From: Blepharisma stoltei ATCC 30299
Lineage: Eukaryota; Protista; Ciliophora
Direction: 5' to 3'
Length of the DNA: 64,000 nucleotides
NCBI GenBank assembly: GCA_965603825.1
Contig: CBFDEM010000005.1
Span: 558,001 to 622,000, forward strand
The notes beneath the pieces are model-generated. The model ran no database searches, was not told the origin of the DNA, and was given only the letters and a program-made list of their open reading frames with translations. Both the position numbers and the translations under genes were made by a program. The number at the start of each line of letters is the position of its first letter. Position 1 is the first letter of the stretch. This document shows positions 47,022 to 58,550 of the stretch, piece after piece.

Positions 47022-49613
47022 TTATTTGCTAGACGATCTACTATGCCCATCTCTCAGTAATTCTTCAAATTTGACTCTTTCTTCAGGAGTAAGCATCTGC
47101 TCAAAAAAGATTCCCCTAGCTTTCAATGAGTTTATGCAGTTTCGTAATAAAACTATAAGGTTAGTATTCACATTTGGATCTTTATTCATGTAGTTGATTT
47201 TTCTCTGACTTGGCGACAATTGATTACTATGGGGCTTCCTTGAGTCATATCTTTGTGGGGATGATACAACTGTTGAGTTTTTGAAGTTTTCAATAGGCAT
47301 CACAATGTATTTAAAAATCAAGCTTGCATATTGCTGGATAATTTCTGCAGGGAACAAACTCATGGCTTTTAATATTGCAGCAGCATTCACCTTCTTGTGG
47401 TTTGATGACGATAAAATTGCCATTGCTTGGAACCAGTCAGAAATATTTAGATAATTTAAGCACTCTTCATTTGCCAGAATCGACTTATTGACCAAAAATA
47501 ATGAGGTTAGAATTGACAGTGTCGAATATGCATCCGTCTTGGGAATTCCAAGGTACTGTATGTATTTCATAAATCCTCCCTGCACACGGGAAAAATCAAC
47601 TGTACCGATTGTTGTTAAAAGTGCTAATGACAAGCCATCATATTCTAAGTTTCCTTCCAGAGAGCATAAGGGCAAACACCAATTGTCAATAAACTGAGAT
47701 ATTTCTAATGGGCTTTTTTCGGCTTCTTGATAGAGCAACAAGTACTCCTCTATAATCTTTATTGCAAGAGTTCTTTGGTTTTTATCAAAGTTTTTCATCA
47801 GCTGTAGTAAAGGTTCAACGTAAATTAAGTTTTCCTTTATAGCGTCCATATTTGCAATAAGATAGTGCCACAAATAATAGCATTTCTCAATGTGGTGCTT
47901 TCCTATTTGATTTAGCAAAAATGATGAAACTGCCTCGATGATTATTTTTTCTTCAGGATACAGATGGACAAGGCCTTCGAACATGTCAACAAGAGCTGAA
48001 ATTATCAACTCGCTGTCTGAATTAAAGATTTCACTTAGGCCTGATGACTGAAATGCTGCCAGCAGTCCAGGGCATTTCTCAAAAGCTGACATATTTATCA
48101 GGGCTGACACAAGTGATATCATATTTCATATCATTTGAGGTATTGTTGACTGTCGAATTAAAACAAAAATATCTGTCGAAAAATCCTGTAAAATCGAAAA
48201 GCAGATCTGCGCTGGGATAGTTTGGTAGAGTAACTGCTTAATTGTTAGGCAGATTTCATAAATCACAATTCTATCGTTATTGCATGCTTGGCGAATTGTT
48301 TGAATTACTCCGTATATAGACACATAGTCAGTGATATTTCTGACCCATTTCCTCATTATTCATAAGGCATCTCTAAGAACTAGAAGCTTTTTGAATCCTT
48401 CGCATTGCAAGTTTCCTAAAATACTGAGGATTTCATCAAATGATATGCTGCATTCAATCCCTGTTTCTTGCAAACTTGGAACGATTCCAATCAAAATACA
48501 AACTGCATGCGACTTCGGAAACGGCAAGGAAGGGATTTCTCTTGCCAAGCCTGGAATATATTTTGCCAAATTTGGAAAGACTTTCACCAAAGCAAAAAGC
48601 AGCTTCTTCAAATAGGTTTCATCTGCTTGCTCATGATGCTGCAGGAAATCTTCGATTTCACCCATTTCCCACAACTCTCATCGTTTGCCTCAGCCTTCTT
48701 GGTCCAAAATTTTTTGTAGTAAACCTTCTGGATTTGCTTGAAGAATTTGCTGTGCAGCTGGGTTACTGATAACCATTTCTTTTAAGTTAAAGCAAGACTG
48801 TCTTAAAAGAGCATCCCTTTCAGGGGTGTTTGGCTTTAACTCAGAAATGATTTTGCAGTTCAAGTCAATGTAAATCAGCAGTAGTTCGCTTGAAAGGAGG
48901 TCAGGGAAGCTTGCATCTATTAAATTGATGCCTTTTAAAATATCTTTGGCAAGAGTTTCTCCATTCATTTTGTAAAGACTTTCATTAGCTTTATTGAGAA
49001 ATGACCTTAAGACGTCAGAATCTTGAATTACTGTAAGCAGCTTTAGCATGATTTTATCTAAATAATCAGAGTTCATCTGCAGTCAAGCTGCTTTTATTCC
49101 TGGGTAAAGCTTAATAGCGAATTCTTTGAACTGAACTCTAAAAATTCTTCTTCTTATTTGTACTTTTATGACGGTATTTAGTAATTTTAAATAGTCTTCA
49201 TCAGGACTCTGCGATTTAGTAATTAGCAAAGTTTCTAGTTGCTTTCATTGGTCGTAAAAGCTATGCTTTGATATTGTGCCAACACAAATCTGCAGCAATT
49301 CTCTTAGCTTATTATCCGGTTCTGGATCAATAAAAAGCTTGTTGAGTAGAAATTCCTTAATTAAGTATTTTTCAGCTTCTGGCACAGGTGCAGGCTTTAC
49401 ACTGTTTCCGACAACATGCCACTGCCTTACAATTGCATTTTTTGCAAGCAAAAGAGCGGCAAGCTTGCTTGTTGTGTTTGAAGATTGCTGATATATAGTG
49501 AATAAAGAAGGCAAAAAGCCTTGTTTATCCTCCAAAGTAGCAATATACTTTTCTGATGGCACTCTTATAGAAGAATCTGGATGAATTGCATTTAACAGCA
49601 AAACTTCGTCCAT
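47022..49613 (-). CDS. Importin-beta family karyopherin (IBN_N domain; importin-11-like), 863 aa
   Basis: IRVPSEKYI...LAALLLAKNAIVRQW...EKYLIKEFLL...EPD; five track ORFs join in frame via TGA. Confidence 0.75.
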
Positions 49614-49650
49614 TTTGTTTAAATTTGCAAGGAGTTAATTTTTATGTAGT

Positions 49651-51789
49651 TTATAAACGTTTTAAATACTGCAGTTCATCATATAGCGCTCGTACATTTG
49701 GAAGCTCTTCTTGCAGCTTCTGTTTTATTTCCTTAACAAGTCTTTCTAAGGATTTATTTTCTGGGTTTTGCTTTAAATTACTTTGAAATTCTTTTAGCTT
49801 TTCTTTATTGAATTTCAGTTCAAGCAGCTTGGCTTCGATCTGTTCTATTCGGTCTTCTATATTGTGAGGCTTTTCAGTTTTGGGGGAATCAAATTGAGAA
49901 ATAGATCGTGAGTGAACTATTGGGGTCATTTCGAGTTTTTCAGTCATTGCTGCAGGAGATGGAGCTCTAATAGGCATTCTTATCATTGAGGAAAGATTCA
50001 TGTCAATATTCGTTGCGGCAGGTGATGCAGCTCTGATTGGCCGTTTTATCATTGAAGAAAGGTTTATGCCAATGTTCCTTGATAGTTCATTGGAAAATTC
50101 TGATGTTTCAGGCTTGGCTTGATTTGTCGGTTGCTGTGCATCATTTAACCTTCTTGGAGGCCTTCTTTGTTTTTTCGCTGCAGATGCATTATCAACCCAG
50201 GTTGGGTTTATTGATTGCAAAGGAGGCATTTTTGATGGTTTTTCTTTAATTTGTTCTCTTTTATCTTTTTTAATTCGTCATTTTTCAAGCCACCGATTTG
50301 CATATTTTCTTACTAATTTTCAAGATTTTTCTTCTTTTTCTCGACTGTCTTCTCTCAGCATTGATTCTTTCTTTTCTTTCCAAATTAAGCCAACTTTCAG
50401 TCACAAAGCCATGCTTTCTCTTCTAAGCTTATCATAGTGAAGTTCTTTTGCATGATTTTCAAGTTCTTTTTTAGATTTTCGATAGTTTGTAAATTGAGAT
50501 CACGCGCTAAGCCCTTTCTTATAAGTTGTTTTTGACCAAAATTTTACTGAAGTAAAAAATCTTCTCCTTTTTAAGTCTTCCAAAATTATGAGTTCCTTGA
50601 GCTGGTTCAATGCTAACTTCGCGAGATTTTTATTGTAGAAAGAGATTGCGTCATTTAAGATAGCTCTTTTCATCCTGATAATGAACTTATTCAAAGCAAA
50701 AGCTTTCATTATTTTTTTCAAAAGTTTTATATTTCGGATCTTGTCAGCTCTTTTTTTCATAAGTTTGTAAGCTACTTTTGATCTATAGCTATTAGTTCAG
50801 TTTCTCAAAGCTTCTTGTTGGACTCTATTTCCTTCTCTTACTCTAATAATTTCCGTTGCTTTTCCGTCTTTTTCATGCAGTGATCTTTTCTTCAAAAGTG
50901 CCTTTACTCAGTCCTCAAATATTTTTTTCTTAAAATTGTTCTCACAAATTTCTTCCACTTTTTGGCGTTTATAAGCAATTTTAGTTTTTAAAAGATACCT
51001 TTTAATCCACAAATGAAAACAAGAGCCTACCAAAAATAAAGGGTGATTTTTTTGGATAGCTTTCCTTTTTCTAATTATAGTTGAATTTCTTATTAAAACC
51101 AATCTCCAACCTCTCAGGGACTTTCTTAGCAAGTTTTTTAAATAAAGCTTTCTAATTGAAGGCATAGTATTAGTCTTTCACCTTTGAATCTCCAATGCAT
51201 ATTTGAGAGATTTTATTGTCTTTTTTCTTGCATTTATCATATAATGCCTATTTGAATAAGCAATTTTCCTTCTCATTACCTTTTTATCAACGCAAAACCT
51301 TTTTCAACATGCAATTGACAGTCTTGCAAGCCTCTTAATATATTTGGTATTTGCCAATTTTTGAAATTTAGCTTCTTCTTTGAACTTTTTCCAGAGTTGC
51401 AGTGCTTCCTTTCTCCATTGATTCATTCTAATTATTCTTGCAGAGTTAAGTAGATCTTTTATCCTTTTGCGATTCCCGCAAAATTCGATTCAGCTTTTAA
51501 AGCCTTTGCAGTAACAATTTGAAGACCAGAATTTCAGGGCAACATACTCATTTTCCTCAATTAGAACTTTTTGTGAATGATAAGCTTTTCAGAGCTTCAA
51601 GGCATTTTTCATCAATCTTGATTTGATTCAGGATTTCAGAGTTTGAGGTTTCTTTGTTACAGATAACGGCCTATATATGAGATTTATTTTTCGAGGTTGA
51701 TTAATTGTTTCTATTTTATTAACTTCTGAGTTACTAGCTGATTTTTCAGTTGAGTTGATCATCTGAGATTCCTGAATTTCATTTTCCAT
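49651..51789 (-). CDS. Sfi1-repeat (centrin-binding) protein, 712 aa
   Basis: Periodic A-x7-LL-x3-F/L-x2-W repeats with most W encoded by TGA (e.g. LMKNALKL-W-KAY, LLRKSLRGWRL, YKKGLSA-W); single frame from ATG 51789. Confidence 0.75.
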
Positions 51790-52054
51790 AGTAAATTTGA
51801 TTATTTAAATCTGTAATTAGTGAATTAATATAAAATATTTATAATTAAATTCAATATATCCTTACAATAAGAAGTGAGTTTTTCATTTCTATAGCATCTC
51901 ATATTCTCTAATTAAATCAATTAAAACATTAATTTATTTCAAAGCCAATTATCTTATAGTTCCAAGCAATATAATAAACCTTCCTATAAATTAAGTCATT
52001 GCTAAACTAATGCTTGCTATTAAAAGTTTTAAGGCACTAAATTCATACGTCACA

Positions 52055-53784
52055 ATGAAGTTAAAAATGTAAAAAATTACATAGGTCTGAAAATCAAAAT
52101 CCCAAAGAAAAAGCATTGGATGGGAAAAGTAAAAATATTGGCCACTATCTCCTTGGCAGAACAATAGGTGAAGGGACTTTCGGCAAAGTGAAGCTTGGAA
52201 GCCACAACTTGACTGGAGAAAAAGTCGCAATAAAAATTTTAGAAAAAGATCGAATCTGCGACGTTGCAGACGTAGAAAGAGTTTCAAGAGAAATCCATAT
52301 TCTCAAACTCATTAGACATGCTAATATAATTCAACTTTATGAGGTAAACTGCATCATAGATAATAGAAACGCCCTCAAAGCTGTACTTAATCATGGAGTT
52401 TGCTAATGGTGGCGAGCTCTTTGATTATATTGTTGCTAATACAAGGATTAAAGAAAAAGAAGCATGCCGATTTTTCCAACAAATTGTGGCAGGAATTGAG
52501 TACATCCACAAGCTGAATGTTGTTCATAGAGATTTGAAACCGGAAAACCTTCTATTGGACCATAATAACAATATTAAAATCGTTGATTTTGGCCTCAGTA
52601 ACACGTATAAGCCTGGAGAGTTGCTGAAGACCGCATGTGGAAGTCCATGCTATGCAGCCCCTGAAATGATACAAGGGAAGAAATATGTGGGCTCAAGAGT
52701 AGATATTTGAAGCTCTGGAGTCATTTTATTTGCTATGATATGTGGATATTTACCATTTGAAGACCCTAACACAGGACAGCTCTATAAAAAAATCATTGCT
52801 GGCGAGTACCATTCCCCGAAATTCATTTCTGCAGAAGCAAAAGACATTTTGAAGGGCATACTGAACACTGACCCAGACAAAAGGTACACTATTGAGCAAA
52901 TAAGGCAGCATCCTTGGTTCAGCCAAGTGAAGCAAGAAACGACCCCAGGAATCCTTGTAGGCTATGATAGCATCAATGTAGATTCAGAAATTTTAATGAA
53001 GCTTCAAGAATACAGCATTGATACTCAATATGCTCAAAAATGCATAGAAGCAAATAAGCATACTCATATCACCACAGCGTAAAGCGTATGCAGGTATTAT
53101 TTATTGCTGAAAAAACACTTACAAAATGGTGGGACTTCAGTTGCTGATTATAGCTATCTTTCTGATAGCGAAACAACGCATATTATTCCTCATCCCCCGC
53201 ATAAACTGAACCAGAGCTTTAACCAAACTATATCAAATGCGCCTCATCCTCCTTTATTTAAACTGAAAAATGAACAACTAATAACTCCATTAAACCCTCG
53301 TCATCGGCGATTGGTAAACACTACAGTCTCATACAAAATAGGTAGCACTGGAGGCTCTGGGTCAAAAGAAATCGAAGCAATAAAGCCTGAATACCCTACA
53401 AGCATGACTCAGAACTACCACCTTAGAGGAATATCGCACCAAATAAATACGTATAAATCTGGCTCACCTAAGACTAGGGGACACCACTCAGTTTCTCCAA
53501 AAAATGTAAATCCAAGACAAAAGCATCTAAAATATAGACTTATTGGAAGAGAAACCATGGGAGTAGCAGGAACGCCTCGACCTCCTACACGAGTGACACC
53601 AAATGGTCAAAGAGCTTCAGGATCTAGAGGAAGAGTAAAAACTCCAGGGCTAAATGACAGTATCGATTTTGATACCAATAAAAGCTTGAATAACACCTTT
53701 AGATTTAGTCCAAGAACAGCTATTACAGCTGATGGGAGCCATGGACGTCGAGGGAGAGCAAGCAGAGAAAAATCTTATTTGTAA
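52055..53784 (+). CDS. SNF1/AMPK-related Ser/Thr kinase with UBA domain, 3 introns
   Basis: [39 protein letters not shown](TGA)-S, TTAYYLL; introns 52069-52084, 52344-52359, 53079-53093. Start is ATG 52055 or the split ATG at 52067. Confidence 0.93.
52069..52084 (+). other. 16-nt intron (GTAAAAAATTACATAG) splitting an ATG codon
   Basis: The kinase frame has no other ATG before the glycine loop; AT|G TCT GAA restores a start. Confidence 0.75.
52344..52359 (+). other. 16-nt intron (GTAAACTGCATCATAG)
   Basis: Removal gives [18 protein letters not shown]. Confidence 0.9.
53079..53093 (+). other. 15-nt intron (GTAAAGCGTATGCAG)
   Basis: Removal gives TTAYYLLLKK. Confidence 0.88.
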
Positions 53785-54018
53785 TTATAACTATTTTTAT
53801 TCTACCATAATTGTCCATTTATAATCTTGCTAAATTCATTTTTAATATCTCAACAATTTAATCAATTCAAGTGTCAATAATAGATAAATTTAATGCAATA
53901 TAACTCTTATGGGAAAATAGATGGGATCTCTACCACCTCTCAAACGACCCTTTTGCAATGCACCGGAATTGAAACTTGATAAATCTTTTAATTTTCTCAA
54001 AAAGGGCTAAGAATAATA

Positions 54019-55765
54019 ATGATCATGGATATTGAAAGCCTCGCAAGAGTGTGTCTCAGGAACATCCAAGACCTAGGTGGGTCCAGGACCAATCTGCCAG
54101 CAGGCCAAGGTTAGGTATATTTTAGCTCTCGAACTCCTCGAAAGACTTGAACAAGCTGAGAAATGGGAAAAAGAAAACTACGTTTCCCTGAACACCGAGC
54201 CTACAGAAGAAACGGAGCCTCCAATCCTCACTTTTCCCTCGCTGCCTTCCCTGCAGCCGCTCCCCCGAATGTCTGATAATCCTAAAGATATAATATTTGA
54301 TGCTTTTTTATGTGACAAACCGGTTCCCTCTCTCGCTCCTATTAATACAGACCGTGTTTCTCTTCTTCTCAAGGCTTTAGCGCTTTCAGTCAACGCGCAG
54401 CCTCTTCTTCCCGAAGAGAAGTCGCTTTTGACTCACTTCATACAAAATAAGAACTACCCTTCGCTTCAAACTTTTATCTATCAGAAGCTCTTACACGGAT
54501 ACTTGGACTTGCCTGAATATTACTCGCAGCTCGTGTCCTTCCTCATTGATTCCTTCCCTAGCGTTGAAGTGGCGGCTGAGGTGATAAGAAGGCTGCCTCT
54601 CCTCACTGAGGAGCTGTGGAAATACATCTGGGCGCACTCGCACGAGTTCCTGTACCTTCTGAAGGAGCTCGTTCTCACTTGTGAAGAAGGCATTCAAGGG
54701 CTGGACGAGATGTTTGGGATGCTTGACTCAGAGGAAGCCTTGGTGCAGAGCCACGCAACTTCTCTGATATCGAAGCAGCTCTACTTGGTGTGCACAGAGG
54801 AAATCGAGCAGCGGGCTATCCAGCAGCTACAGCAAGTCTGGTAAGAAACATTCAGCTTTGACACTTTAAACTCACACAACTTCGAGCCCAAAATCCGCCT
54901 TTTCTTTAAGTTGTTGAAGAGGAATCCTGAACTTCTCTCTTCACTCATTCCGATTTATTCGCAGATCGCGAGTCCGTCAGTGAAAAACGTGATACTCCAG
55001 TACTTTGCCAGGAGTTTTACCAAAAATATTCCTCAAAACCATCCGATACTACTGGAAGCATTCGAAAATATCAGTATCTTTTATGCAGGCCATCCGTTTA
55101 CAAGAGACGCTTTTAACATCATCAGCCAGCTACAGAGTATACACCAAGACGTAAAGACTCTCTTGATAAACAAGGTGCAGGCAAATGAGCACCAAGTTTT
55201 GCCATATTTGGCTCCACATTTGAATATGGTGATTTTCATGTAGGAAGATATTGCTCAGCTGCTTCCCTCTCTTCTTGGCTTGACAGAGCAGCAGCGGCAG
55301 AACTACCTTGCAAAGATTTTTGACGCTCCAGATATAGACGCTTGTGACTTCCTTGTGCTAGTTCTCCAATTCCAAGGATCACCCACTCAACTAGTCCAGG
55401 TTCTAAAAGAGCTTCTAGATCTGCGGCACATTTACCCTCCAGAAGTGCTTCAAAGAGTCACTGAAAAACTGGTCAGAGTTGAGCCAATCCCTGAGCTATG
55501 CATGTACTTCATCTTAAAAGCTAACGAGCTATACTCCCAGCTGAAGGTCTTCTTTATTTCTTACGCTCTACCTCATCTCCTAAACAGGAAGATCTGGGAC
55601 TATCCACGAATTTGGAAAGGGTTCGTTGCCTTTGTGGAAAGAACTGTGCCAGAGTCCTTACAAGTCCTCGAGCTGATGCCGAACGACATTCAAAGTAAGC
55701 TGTTAGAACGAGAAGTCATCAAGAAAGGGAAGGTTGAGGACTCTTTGAGAAGGCAAAAGAGGTAA
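54019..55765 (+). CDS. SYMPK: Symplekin-like protein (Symplekin_C domain), 3 introns (~566 aa)
   Basis: C-terminal PIPELCM...LLNRKIWDYPRIWKGFVAFVERTVPESLQVLELMP; introns 54110-54125, 54841-54855, 55229-55243. Confidence 0.75.
54110..54125 (+). other. 16-nt intron (GTTAGGTATATTTTAG)
   Basis: Joins the MDIESLARVCL exon to the main frame. Confidence 0.7.
54841..54855 (+). other. 15-nt intron (GTAAGAAACATTCAG)
   Basis: Contains in-frame TAA; the frame continues afterwards. Confidence 0.85.
55229..55243 (+). other. 15-nt intron (GTGATTTTCATGTAG)
   Basis: Contains in-frame TAG; the frame continues afterwards. Confidence 0.8.
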
Positions 55766-55841
55766 ATAATTTATGTTTTATAATAAAATAGTGAGTTATT
55801 AACGCTGGATCCACTCTACACTTTGTGTATCTTTGTGTTAA

Positions 55842-57167
55842 TTAAGTGTACATATCTCTTCTTGTATTGGATGTCGAGCCATCTTGTGACTCCAGTTTCT
55901 TGCTGGTCTTTTTGCTTCGGTTTCTGATGCTTTCGTTTATCGTGGAGTTGTGGGAAGACTTGGAGCTGAAGCAGTTCACAGCGCTGATTTTGAACGTCAG
56001 GGAAAGTCTTCTTGCTGAGATGGCTTCTCCTAACAAGTTGCAGAATAAGTCAGGGTCGTCACCGATTTTTGCGCTTTCACAGATAAATTCAGTTAAGGAG
56101 CCATTTTCTTTGATTCCTCTGCAGAAGCAAATCAATGCTTTGTTGTCGAGTGAGTCTATTTCGAAAGAGTAAGATAAGTTTAGATATCTTAACACCCTGT
56201 GAGAGATAAGAGCCTTTCCAAGAGAGGAAAGAGCTGAGTTGGATTTAAACTCGTTATATGATAAATCCAGCTTGCTCAGCATGTCTGGCAAGGATTCTAC
56301 TATATATCCCAACCCCTTTGCTGAAATTTTATTGTTTTGGATATCTAAGGAAGTAATTGGGATTTTGCCTAATAAAAGCTGTTTTAAATATTTAATTCCT
56401 TTATCACCTAGCCCGATTCCACCCAAGCTGAGCTCTTGAAGACTAGTATTCTGCTGCAGCCCTGCCAAAAATTTAACTAAATGCTCGCTTTTTCTGAGAA
56501 AGGAGACCCCGCTTAAATTCAAATACTCCAAGTGAGTATTTAAACTAATGCTGATCGCAAACTGCCTCACAATACTTGAGTTTGCAAATGCGTCATTATT
56601 GTACCCTAAATCCAGCCTCTGTATGTAGCGGTTATGAGCTAAGGTCTCCGATAAGCAGAGTAATGCTTCACAAGACAAACAGGAATCATATAAATTCAAT
56701 TCATAGAAGGGCGAGCTACAGTTCAAAATATTTAATAAACCTTTTGGATTCGTTATCAGATTTCCTTGAAGATTCAGAGATTTCGCTCGGTTCTTGCCGC
56801 CCCTGTCTAAGAGTTTTCCTAAAATTGAGCCTGTCAATTCATTAACTGGAATTCGATTATTACCCAAGTCAAGTGATTTTAGCGCCAAAGTCTTTTTTAG
56901 CTGAATTAAGGGTTTAAATGTCCTTACTATAGAGTCTTGACTCAGCATGCAATTTTGCAGCACAAGTACTTTGATTCGGTTTGTGAGATTATAATGATTT
57001 TGAAGTTGGGATGAAAAATACTCCACAGAATGGCTCACTAAGTATTTATTTGAGAGGTCAAATCTTGTGTAATGAAGCTCAATTTGTCTGTCTATAAAAT
57101 CGATTGTTCCTCCGTCTTCTAAGTCTTCGAGCTTATTTAATTGCTCTTGGATTTCTTGTATGTCCAT
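55842..57167 (-). CDS. Leucine-rich-repeat protein (RNI-like)
   Basis: Repeated LxxLDLxxN motifs (LKSLDLGNN, IQRLDLGYN, ITSLDIQNN, LSKLDLSYN). Confidence 0.88.
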   Translation of the reverse strand: MDIQEIQEQLNKLEDLEDGGTIDFIDRQIELHYTRFDLSNKYLVSHSVEYFSSQLQNHYNLTNRIKVLVLQNCMLSQDSIVRTFKPLIQLKKTLALKSLDLGNNRIPVNELTGSILGKLLDRGGKNRAKSLNLQGNLITNPKGLLNILNCSSPFYELNLYDSCLSCEALLCLSETLAHNRYIQRLDLGYNNDAFANSSIVRQFAISISLNTHLEYLNLSGVSFLRKSEHLVKFLAGLQQNTSLQELSLGGIGLGDKGIKYLKQLLLGKIPITSLDIQNNKISAKGLGYIVESLPDMLSKLDLSYNEFKSNSALSSLGKALISHRVLRYLNLSYSFEIDSLDNKALICFCRGIKENGSLTEFICESAKIGDDPDLFCNLLGEAISARRLSLTFKISAVNCFSSKSSHNSTINESIRNRSKKTSKKLESQDGSTSNTRRDMYT

Positions 57168-57275
57168 ATTGATTTAGTATGAGAAAACTACTTAAAACTA
57201 CATAAAAAGATGATTAAATTCGCATATAACTTCATTATATTCTTTACAGCTTTAAAATATTAGAACTAGCAGCCA

Positions 57276-57698
57276 TTACGCATCAATATATGATTCATTA
57301 GATATACTTTTGTCATATGAAGCATTATGACTTTTAGCTCTTAGAGGAGGCAGTTTGAATTCTTTCTTTTTTACCTTTCTCGAATTATTTTTTGGAGGCG
57401 TTTTGCTTCTTGATTTCTTTACTCTGTTTTTTCTCAGTAATGACTCATCAACCAAGGTTCTGAAGACCACTCTGTCGTTGACACGACCTTTCTTATTAAT
57501 CTAATTCTCTCTTACGAGTTTTTGCTTTCGCAGTAATTTTCGTTTATCATAAGTTGCAAAAAAACCTGACAAATTTGGGTCTCTTAAGCTGTTGTATTCA
57601 GGGATTTTGCAGCTTTCAGGCGTTGTTTCGACTACAAACTTTTGGTACCGATTTCTTGCATTATAACTCCGTGAGCGATATTTTATTCTTAAGTCCAT
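57276..57698 (-). CDS. Small basic protein with ERICH3/FSIP2-like YNSLxD motif, 1 intron (135 aa)
   Basis: EYNSLRDPNLSGFF...RKLLRKQKL-INKKGRV after removing intron 57501-57515. Confidence 0.7.
57501..57515 (-). other. 15-nt intron (GTAAGAGAGAATTAG)
   Basis: Contains in-frame TAG; joins two track ORFs. Confidence 0.8.
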
Positions 57699-57762
57699 CT
57701 TTAGATCATTAACATGTTAATTAATTTGTTTTAATATAAATGGGGTGTCTTAAAATACAATA

Positions 57763-58161
57763 ATGATGAATGGGGTCCAAGAGCTGTTAGTAGCTATGGC
57801 TGAAACTTTTATTTATAAAGCCATTTATAATCAAAAATTATATTTACTTGCTGAAAATACAATAGAAAATTCATTTTCATCCCTTTTTTCTGATAAAGCT
57901 TGTGATAGTTTGCAGCAATCAGTTAATCAGCATGAAATCAATGAAGCTCTAGCTTCAAGCAGTCAAAAGAAGCATAAATACAAGAAAAAGAAGAAAAGAT
58001 TTAAATCGGGCTTGCCATTAACTCCTAGAGTTAAATATAAATTGTTAAAGGTTAAAGCAAATATAGTTAGAAAGCGCATTATTGTTCACAGTTTTGAGTA
58101 TGTGAGAATAGTTTTAGAGCAAATGTCTTATCGTCAAAATCCCATTGTGTATGAACTGTAA
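57763..58161 (+). CDS. Hypothetical 132-aa protein with basic NLS-like stretch
   Basis: ATG to TAA ORF with KKHKYKKKKKR; no recognised domain. Confidence 0.45.
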   Translation: MMNGVQELLVAMAETFIYKAIYNQKLYLLAENTIENSFSSLFSDKACDSLQQSVNQHEINEALASSSQKKHKYKKKKKRFKSGLPLTPRVKYKLLKVKANIVRKRIIVHSFEYVRIVLEQMSYRQNPIVYEL

Positions 58162-58550
58162 GTAAATTCTAGATAAGCCAAAGATTTCATATTAGCTCTT
58201 AAAAATAAAATAAAATTCAATATCCTTACTGAAGATTAAATAATTTCTGTAAAAATTTGCAAAATAATTTTTTGAAAAAATAATTAAAAATAACAATTAA
58301 TTAATTTGCCAGACTTCACTTAAGTTGGCACTCAAATTAGCTAATTACATATAATTGCCATTTAAATATCAACCATATTTTACAGCTTATATTAATACAA
58401 AATTACCTTTCCAGAAAAAAACTTAATCAACCGTGTTTATCTTAAAATATTCAATCAATATTTAATCAGTTAGCCATCTTATCGTCTGTTTCAAACCATA
58501 TTGTCTTTTATTTAAATTTTATAAATAAATTGCAAACCTCTCGATAATCC

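Noticed and set aside
52764-52771. CCCTAACA, a heterotrich telomere-type unit
   Set aside because: Single copy inside the kinase CDS; no tandem array anywhere in the window.
58158-58172. Possible 15-nt intron GTAAGTAAATTCTAG overlapping a stop codon
   Set aside because: Lacks the position-10 A seen in all other 15-mers, and splicing would not change the protein (YEL-stop either way), so it cannot be supported.
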